DNA of 64,000 nt from an uncultured bacterium. GTDB lineage: Bacteria; Actinomycetota; Acidimicrobiia; Spongiisociales; UBA5794. The notes below the pieces were generated by a model. The model did no database searches and had not been told where the DNA came from. It saw only the letters and a list, made by a program, of their open reading frames with translations. Shown in pieces: positions 57,813-64,000 of the stretch. Location: NCBI GenBank assembly GCA_963801165.1, contig CAWDDT010000007.1, positions 1 through 64,000 of the forward strand, written 5' to 3'. The position numbers and the translations under genes are program-made. Each line of letters begins with the position of its first letter. Position 1 is the stretch's first letter.

Positions 57813-58706
57813 ATGGTTGAGGACCAGCGTACTGTGGCAGTGATCGGCCTCGGCACCATGGGAAGCGCGATGGCTCGCCGCCTCCGGGGTGCTGGGTACG
57901 AGTTGACCGTTTGGAATCGCAGCCGCTCGAGAGCCGAGGCACTGGCGTCCGAGATCGGCGCAACCGTCGCCCCAACCGCAGCCGAGGCGGCGAAGACGGT
58001 CTCGATCACCATCACCAGTCTCGCCGACGACGCGGCGGTGGAGGCGGTCTACCTGGGAGCGGATGGGATCGTCGCCGGGATCGGCCCCGGGACGATTGCC
58101 GTCGACACCAGCACTGTTGATCCGGATACGATTCTCCGAGTCGGGAACGCCGTTGATGCGACGGGTGCGGAGTTCTTCGATTGCCCGGTGTCCGGGAGCG
58201 TGGCGACGGTCTCGGCCGGCGCGTTGACGATGATGGCCGGCGACCAGGGTGATCTCGTCGGGCGGGTTGAGCCGGTGCTGCTGTCGTCGATCGCCACGCG
58301 TGTCATCCGGGTCGGGCCCCGCGGCTCGGGATCCGCCTGCAAGCTCGCAGTCAACGGTTTGCTCCACGGTCTCAACGTCGCGCTCTCCGAAGCGCTCGTG
58401 CTCGCGGAGAAGGCGGGTATCAAGCGGAATATCGCATACGAGGTCTTTGCCGGTGGTGCGGGAGGTGCTCCGTTCGTCCAATACAAGCGAAACGCCTACG
58501 AAAACCCGGAAACGGCGCCGGTGGACTTCAGTCTCGAACTGGTTCTCAAGGATCTCGACCTGATCACAGGTCTCGGCGAGAAGGTCGGCGCACCTATGGA
58601 TCAAGCCGAGACCGGTCGAGCGATCGTGCGCGGGGCAATAGCCGCCGGCTTCGGCGGCAGGGATCTGAGTGCGATCGCGATGTACCTGCGAAGCGAGGCG
58701 GAATAA
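57813..58706 (+). CDS. Beta-hydroxyacid (3-hydroxyisobutyrate-type) dehydrogenase
   Basis: GLGTMG, WNRS, DTST, DCPVSGS, KLAVN, KDL. Confidence 0.88.
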   Translation: MVEDQRTVAVIGLGTMGSAMARRLRGAGYELTVWNRSRSRAEALASEIGATVAPTAAEAAKTVSITITSLADDAAVEAVYLGADGIVAGIGPGTIAVDTSTVDPDTILRVGNAVDATGAEFFDCPVSGSVATVSAGALTMMAGDQGDLVGRVEPVLLSSIATRVIRVGPRGSGSACKLAVNGLLHGLNVALSEALVLAEKAGIKRNIAYEVFAGGAGGAPFVQYKRNAYENPETAPVDFSLELVLKDLDLITGLGEKVGAPMDQAETGRAIVRGAIAAGFGGRDLSAIAMYLRSEAE

Positions 58707-59632
58707 TGGCCAACCACATCGTCAAGAAGACAACCGACCTGTTCCACACCGCACCCGCAGAGTTCGTTCGGAGGAGCACGGGATACACGACGGCTGCGAT
58801 CGTCGACGAGGAAGGCGGTGCGGTCCAGATGGGCTTCCGGATGGCTCGTCTCGACCCGGGGGGCAGCGTGGCCGCCCACGTTCACTCCTTCGAAGAGACC
58901 GTTTACGTCATTGACGGTTCGCTGGTCGTCGACACGCCGGACGGAAGCCGGCGGCTGTCCACCGGCGACTACGGGCTTCTGCCCGTCGGGCTAACCCACG
59001 CCTTCCGCAACCCGGGGTCCGCCCCCGTCGAGTTCGCCGAGATGAAGGCCCCGCTGCCGCGAGCCCGTTTCGACTTCGATACACAGTTCCCCGAACCGCT
59101 GACCACAACCGACCCGCAGCCGATCGATGTCAGGGACCCGCGCAACCTGAGCTTCGGGCACATCGACCCCGAGTCCATGGACCCCACCCTGCAAACCCAG
59201 AACCGTCTTGCGCTCAGCGCCAGCATGCGCACCGCGTTGCTCGTCTACAGCGGGATCACCGTGAAGATGATGATCGACTCCGATCTCGGAGCGGACCTCT
59301 CGACGATGTTCATGGTGCAATACGAGCCGGGCGGCTTTGCGGGAGCGCACGACCATCCGCTCGAGGAGGCGTATCTGATCCTCGCCGGGGAGGTCGAGGC
59401 GACCTTCGACGGGAACGTCTACCAGCTCGGACCGGGTGACATCGCCTGGGCAGGCGTGGGCTGCGTCCACGAGTTTCACAACCTGGGCACCGGCTTCGTC
59501 AGATGGTTGGAGACTCAGGCGCCGCAGCCGCCACCCCGGCACTCCTACAGATTTGCCCGTGACTGGACCTACCTCGAGAACCTGCTTGCCATACGCACAG
59601 AAAAGACCAATGAAGAAGGAGGGGCCCAATGA
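58706..59632 (+). CDS. Bicupin protein
   Basis: HVHSFEE...H and HDHPLEE...CVH. Confidence 0.85.
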   Translation: MANHIVKKTTDLFHTAPAEFVRRSTGYTTAAIVDEEGGAVQMGFRMARLDPGGSVAAHVHSFEETVYVIDGSLVVDTPDGSRRLSTGDYGLLPVGLTHAFRNPGSAPVEFAEMKAPLPRARFDFDTQFPEPLTTTDPQPIDVRDPRNLSFGHIDPESMDPTLQTQNRLALSASMRTALLVYSGITVKMMIDSDLGADLSTMFMVQYEPGGFAGAHDHPLEEAYLILAGEVEATFDGNVYQLGPGDIAWAGVGCVHEFHNLGTGFVRWLETQAPQPPPRHSYRFARDWTYLENLLAIRTEKTNEEGGAQ

Positions 59633-60882
59633 ACGAGTTTCCGGTAGCCACCAGTCCCGCCCCAGGGGTGATGGGCGTCGATTGGGAGAATCGAGTCGAC
59701 TTCGAGCGCCTTCGCCAGTATCGCCTCGCCCGGGTGAAGAAGATGCTCGAGCAATTCGACCTGGGTGCAGTGCTGTTGTTCGAGACGTCGAACATCCGGT
59801 ACGCCACCGCCACCCAGATCGGGTATTGGGCGTTCAACAAGGGGGAGCGCTATGCGCTCGTCACCAGAGACAGCCGGCCCCGCATCTGGGACTTCGGCTC
59901 TGCCGCCAAGGCGCATCGTTTGCAGCTGCCGCACATGTACGACACGGAGAACACGGTAGGGGGCAACACGGGCCTCCAGGGTGCCATTGGGCCGGAGACC
60001 GGTCTCCATTCCGGTGCGGCACGCGAGATCAAGGCAGTGCTCGAAGCGGAGGGACTGGCCGGCGAGAAGCTGGGAGTCGACCTCGCCGAGACCGGCGTCT
60101 TCCTGGCGCTGCAAGCCGAGGGTCTCAACGTCGTCGACGGGCAACAAGCAATGATGCACGCCCGCGAGATCAAGAGCCAGGACGAGATCATCCTGCTCAC
60201 CCAGGCATGCGCCATGGTCGACGGCGTCTACCAGGACATCTACGAAGCTCTGAAGCCGGGAGTGCGGGAGTCGGACATCGTCGGTCTTGCTCACGCCCGG
60301 CTCTTCGAGATGGGCTCGGAGTTCGTCGAAGCGATCAACTCGATCGCCGGCGAGCGCTGCAGCCCGCACCCGCATGTATTCAGCGACCGCCTGATCCGCC
60401 CCGGCGACCAGGCCTACTTCGACATCATCCACGTGTTCAACGGCTATCGGACCTGTTATTACCGGACGTTCGTCGTCGGACGCGCCACCCAGCCGCAACG
60501 TGACGCCTTCAAGCAGTCACGCGAGTGGATGGATGCCGCCATCGAGTTGGTGCGTCCGGGAACCACGACCGATCAGATCGCCAAGGTTTGGCCGCGGGCG
60601 GAGGAGTTCGGGTTCGAGAACGAGATGGATGCGTTCGGCCTCCAGTTCGGTCATGGGGTCGGTGTCGGCCTCCACGAGCGTCCCATCATCAGCAGGCTCA
60701 ATTCGCTCGACTCTCCCGTCGAGATCGAGGAGGGCATGCTCTTTGCGCTCGAGACGTACGCCCCGGCCTCAGACGGGCGGTCGGCGGCGCGCATCGAGGA
60801 GGAGGTCGTCGTCACCGCAGACGGCTGCAAGGTGATCACGCTCTTCCCGTGCGAGGAACTGATGGTCGCCAATGCATACTGA
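59629..60882 (+). CDS. M24 (pita-bread fold) protein, Xaa-Pro peptidase/creatinase-like
   Basis: NIRY, AREIKS.DEI, FD...GYRTCYYRT, GHGVG...HE.P, ETY, RIEEE. Confidence 0.85.
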   Translation: MNEFPVATSPAPGVMGVDWENRVDFERLRQYRLARVKKMLEQFDLGAVLLFETSNIRYATATQIGYWAFNKGERYALVTRDSRPRIWDFGSAAKAHRLQLPHMYDTENTVGGNTGLQGAIGPETGLHSGAAREIKAVLEAEGLAGEKLGVDLAETGVFLALQAEGLNVVDGQQAMMHAREIKSQDEIILLTQACAMVDGVYQDIYEALKPGVRESDIVGLAHARLFEMGSEFVEAINSIAGERCSPHPHVFSDRLIRPGDQAYFDIIHVFNGYRTCYYRTFVVGRATQPQRDAFKQSREWMDAAIELVRPGTTTDQIAKVWPRAEEFGFENEMDAFGLQFGHGVGVGLHERPIISRLNSLDSPVEIEEGMLFALETYAPASDGRSAARIEEEVVVTADGCKVITLFPCEELMVANAY

Positions 60883-62983
60883 TCCCCGATACGACTATGC
60901 ACAGCGTCAACCCCGCCCTCCGCAGCCGGTCGATGCCGGCCTTCTCGAAGCGGACATACCCGTCGAGGTGCGGCTGAGCCTGTATCGCAAGCTCCAGGAG
61001 TTGCGGCAGTGGGGCAAGCGCACCCACGACCTGTTCCTACAGAACCTCGTGAAGGGCACAAGCCACCTCTCGCTCGGCATGGAGGCGATCGCCACCGGTT
61101 TCGCCGCTGCCATGGAGCCCGACGACTACACGTTCGCCACATACCGGGGACACGGCCACAGCCTGGCGCGCGGCATGGGCCCCGGTCCGGCGCTGGCCGA
61201 GATGCTGGGACGGGAGAACGGCATCCTCGGTGGCAAGGGCGGGTCCATGCATCTCACCGATGTGGAGCACGGGATGATGGGCTCGTACGCCATTGTCGGC
61301 GCCCACATGTGCGTCGCCAACGGCGCCGCCTGGTCGGCGCAGATGCGCGCCAGCGGCCAGGTAGCTGTGTGCTTCTTTGGTGACGGAACCACCAACATCG
61401 GTGCGTTTCACGAAGCCCTCAACCTGGCGAAGATCTGGAACCTCCCGGTCGTGTTCGTGTGTGAGAACAACCTCTACATGGAGTACACGCCGATCGACCT
61501 GATCACCGCCGTGCCCCGGCCCGCCGCTGATCGTGCCCCGGCATACGGGCTGGATTCGATCGTCATCGACGGCAACGACCCCGACGCCGTGTACCTCGCC
61601 GCCCGCGAGGCTCTCGGACGGGCCCGTGGCGGCGACGGCCCGAGCCTCATCGAAGCCATCACCTATCGCAGTGGCGGTCACTCGCGGGCCGATCCGGCCA
61701 AGTATCGGCCGCCTGTCGAAGTCGAGGCATGGAAGGAACGCGACCCGATCACCGTCTACCGTTCCCGGCTGGTCGATCTGGGCACGGCAGCCGAGACCCT
61801 CGACGCCATCGAGCACGAGGTGTCGGTGGCTATCGACGCCGCGACCGAGTTCGCCAAGAACGGGCGGGAGCCCGGGGAGGACACGCTGCTCACCGACGTC
61901 TACGCCGACGGCGGCTCGCGCTGGCGCAACGGCACGCCGGAGAACCCGGTCGGGAGCGGTCCCGCCCCGGCTGCAATCTCTGCAACGGGCGGCACCTCGA
62001 CCCTCAGTTACCGCGAGGCGGTCGCCAGAGGCATCGCCCAGGAGATGCGGCGCGACCCGAGACTGGTCATGCTCGGCGAAGACGTCGCCGCTGCCGGTGG
62101 TGTGTTCAAGACAACGGTCGGCCTACTCGACGAGTTCGGGCCGGACCGGGTGCGGGACACGCCGATCTCGGAACAGGCCATCATCGGCGCCGCCATGGGT
62201 GCTGCGATGACCGGCACACCAGTGATCGCCGAGATCATGTTCTCCGACTTCCTCGCCGTCTGCTGGGACATGGTGGCCAACGAGATCGCCAAGAGCCGGT
62301 ACATGACCAACGGCCAGGTCAGCTTCCCGCTCGTCATCCGGACCGCAAACGGCGGCGGCGCCCGCTTCGGCGCCCAGCACTCCCAGAGCGTGGAGAACTG
62401 GGCCATGGCCATTCCCGGCCTCAAGGTCGTCGCCCCGTCATCCCCTGCGGACGTGGTCGGGCTGCTGGCCGCCGCGATCCGCGACCCCGACCCCGTCGTG
62501 TTCTTCGAGCACAAGGCGCTGATGGCGGCCAAAGCCGAGGTTCCCGACGGTGAGATCGTCGATCAGCTTGGTGTCGCCAGGGTGTTGCGCGAGGGGACCG
62601 ATTGCACGATCGCGGCGCTTGCCCTCATGGTGCCGAGGGCTCTCGAGGCGGCCGAGCAACTCGCCGGCGATGGGATCTCGGTCGAGGTCATCGACGTGCG
62701 CTCGCTCGTCCCCCTTGACACCGAGACGATCCTCGCCTCGGTGTCCAAGACCGGCCGGCTCTTCACGGTCGAAGAGAACCCCCGGTTGTGCGGGTGGGGA
62801 GCGGAGCTCGTTTCGATCGTCGACGAAGAGGCCTTCTGGAGCCTCGACGGTCCCAGCATCCGGATCACGACGCCACACATCCCGCTCCCGTCGGCAGCTG
62901 CGCTCGAGGACCTGGCAATGCCGTCGGCCGAGCGAATCTACACCACGGTTGCGAAGGCCCTGGAAGGTGGGGGCATGGAATGA
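60872..62983 (+). CDS. Fused TPP-dependent dehydrogenase E1 alpha+beta (acetoin/2-oxoacid DH-like)
   Basis: TYRGH, GKGGSMH, FFGDG..N, GHS.AD; linker; GEDV, DTPISE, AQHSQ, FEHK. Confidence 0.92.
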   Translation: MHTDPRYDYAQRQPRPPQPVDAGLLEADIPVEVRLSLYRKLQELRQWGKRTHDLFLQNLVKGTSHLSLGMEAIATGFAAAMEPDDYTFATYRGHGHSLARGMGPGPALAEMLGRENGILGGKGGSMHLTDVEHGMMGSYAIVGAHMCVANGAAWSAQMRASGQVAVCFFGDGTTNIGAFHEALNLAKIWNLPVVFVCENNLYMEYTPIDLITAVPRPAADRAPAYGLDSIVIDGNDPDAVYLAAREALGRARGGDGPSLIEAITYRSGGHSRADPAKYRPPVEVEAWKERDPITVYRSRLVDLGTAAETLDAIEHEVSVAIDAATEFAKNGREPGEDTLLTDVYADGGSRWRNGTPENPVGSGPAPAAISATGGTSTLSYREAVARGIAQEMRRDPRLVMLGEDVAAAGGVFKTTVGLLDEFGPDRVRDTPISEQAIIGAAMGAAMTGTPVIAEIMFSDFLAVCWDMVANEIAKSRYMTNGQVSFPLVIRTANGGGARFGAQHSQSVENWAMAIPGLKVVAPSSPADVVGLLAAAIRDPDPVVFFEHKALMAAKAEVPDGEIVDQLGVARVLREGTDCTIAALALMVPRALEAAEQLAGDGISVEVIDVRSLVPLDTETILASVSKTGRLFTVEENPRLCGWGAELVSIVDEEAFWSLDGPSIRITTPHIPLPSAAALEDLAMPSAERIYTTVAKALEGGGME

Positions 62984-64000
62984 GCGAGCGGGTGCTCATC
63001 AGAGGCGGGACGGTCCTATCGATGGACCGCTCGGTGGGCAACATGATCACGGGAGACGTCTTGATCGAGGACGGCACGATCACCGAGGTCGGGCCCAAGC
63101 TGCGGTCCCGCAACGCCGAGACGATCGACGCAACCGACACGATCGTGATGCCGGGTTTCGTCGACACCCATCGCCACGCGTGGCACGCTCTGTTCCGGAA
63201 CACGGCGCTGTCGTCGTTGGCGATCGAGCCTGCCACCGTCGGTCGGCATTGCGCCGCCGACCACGTCTATGCCGCGACGCTCGTCGGGCTGTTGGGTGCG
63301 GTCGAAGCCGGGATCACGACTGTGGTCGATTGGGCCGATATCGCGGGTGACCCGCAGGCGGTCGAAGCAGCGCTCCAGGCGCATGCCGATGCCGGGCTGA
63401 GAACCGTCTTCCTCGTGACGAGGCCGGCGTGGAGCGCCGAGCATTTGGAAATGGCAAGGCTGCGATCGGTCGTGACAAGGGCTGTGGGCCCCGAGCTGAC
63501 GTTCGGTTTCGGTGCCACAGATCCCGATCCCTCCGATCTCGAGCGTACGACGCAGGAGTGGGCCGCGGCCCGAACCGAAGGTCTCAGGATCCACACGCAC
63601 GCGGGAGGCGACCCGAAATCCCGCGGGGCCATCGCCCGGCTCGCTGCATCAGGTCTGCTCGGCGACGACGTCACCCTGGTTCATTGCACATATCTCGACG
63701 GAGATGACCTCGATGCGGTCGCCGCGGCGAAGGCGACCGTCGCGCTCACTCCGGCAGCCGAGATGACCGGCGGGGTGGGGACCCCTCCGTTGCAGGCGCT
63801 CATCGACCGGCGGATCAGGCCCGGTCTTGGCATCGGGAGTGCCGTACAGGCTCCCGGGGAGATGTTCGCCCAGATGCGGTCGGCTAACTCGCTGCAGCAT
63901 GCCACCCTCTTCGATCTCAAGCTGGCCGGCAAGGGCGGCGTGCCCAACCTCCTGACGACAAGGGACGTGATCAAGTTCGCCACCATCGACGGGGCCGTTG
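62980..64000 (+). CDS. Amidohydrolase family protein (runs off window)
   Basis: MSERVLIRGGTVLSMD, MPGFVDTHRH, GITTVVDW, VHCT, ATIDGA. Confidence 0.85.
   Translation, partial: MSERVLIRGGTVLSMDRSVGNMITGDVLIEDGTITEVGPKLRSRNAETIDATDTIVMPGFVDTHRHAWHALFRNTALSSLAIEPATVGRHCAADHVYAATLVGLLGAVEAGITTVVDWADIAGDPQAVEAALQAHADAGLRTVFLVTRPAWSAEHLEMARLRSVVTRAVGPELTFGFGATDPDPSDLERTTQEWAAARTEGLRIHTHAGGDPKSRGAIARLAASGLLGDDVTLVHCTYLDGDDLDAVAAAKATVALTPAAEMTGGVGTPPLQALIDRRIRPGLGIGSAVQAPGEMFAQMRSANSLQHATLFDLKLAGKGGVPNLLTTRDVIKFATIDGAV

Overview
High-GC actinobacterial-type DNA (Acidimicrobiia-like; inferred from gene content and frequent leaderless-style starts) with four zones. (1) 0.6-8.7 kb: a GntR-controlled amino-sugar uptake and catabolism operon (clan GH-A hydrolase, ABC transporter, ROK kinase, SIS protein). 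(2) About 10-29 kb: a mosaic accessory tract with a VapBC pair, gene fragments, an IS481 end, a membrane-spanning SARP-STAND-BMP regulator, amt, an FGGY kinase, a YcaQ-like gene and lipoproteins. Five co-oriented, decayed copies of the 3' half of tRNA-fMet punctuate it, and no integrase is present in the window. (3) 30-39 kb: an MBL/SDR/cupin operon and a complete corrinoid methyl-transfer module (DUF1638, RACo/ASKHA activator, pterin-binding methyltransferase, corrinoid protein, UroD-fold methyltransferase). A tandemly duplicated ~130-nt structured element with a C6 loop lies upstream. (4) 39-64 kb: MazEF, an intact IS110 with a structured non-coding end, TetR modules, a heterodimeric ABC exporter, and an XRE-cupin-linked catabolic cluster (gabD, lhgO, bicupin, atypical M24, fused E1 alpha-beta, atypical amidohydrolase). 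The most unusual signals are the tRNA-fMet-remnant-delimited cassette array and the tandem C-rich-loop RNA-like repeat. All calls come from motif reading only; no searches were run.
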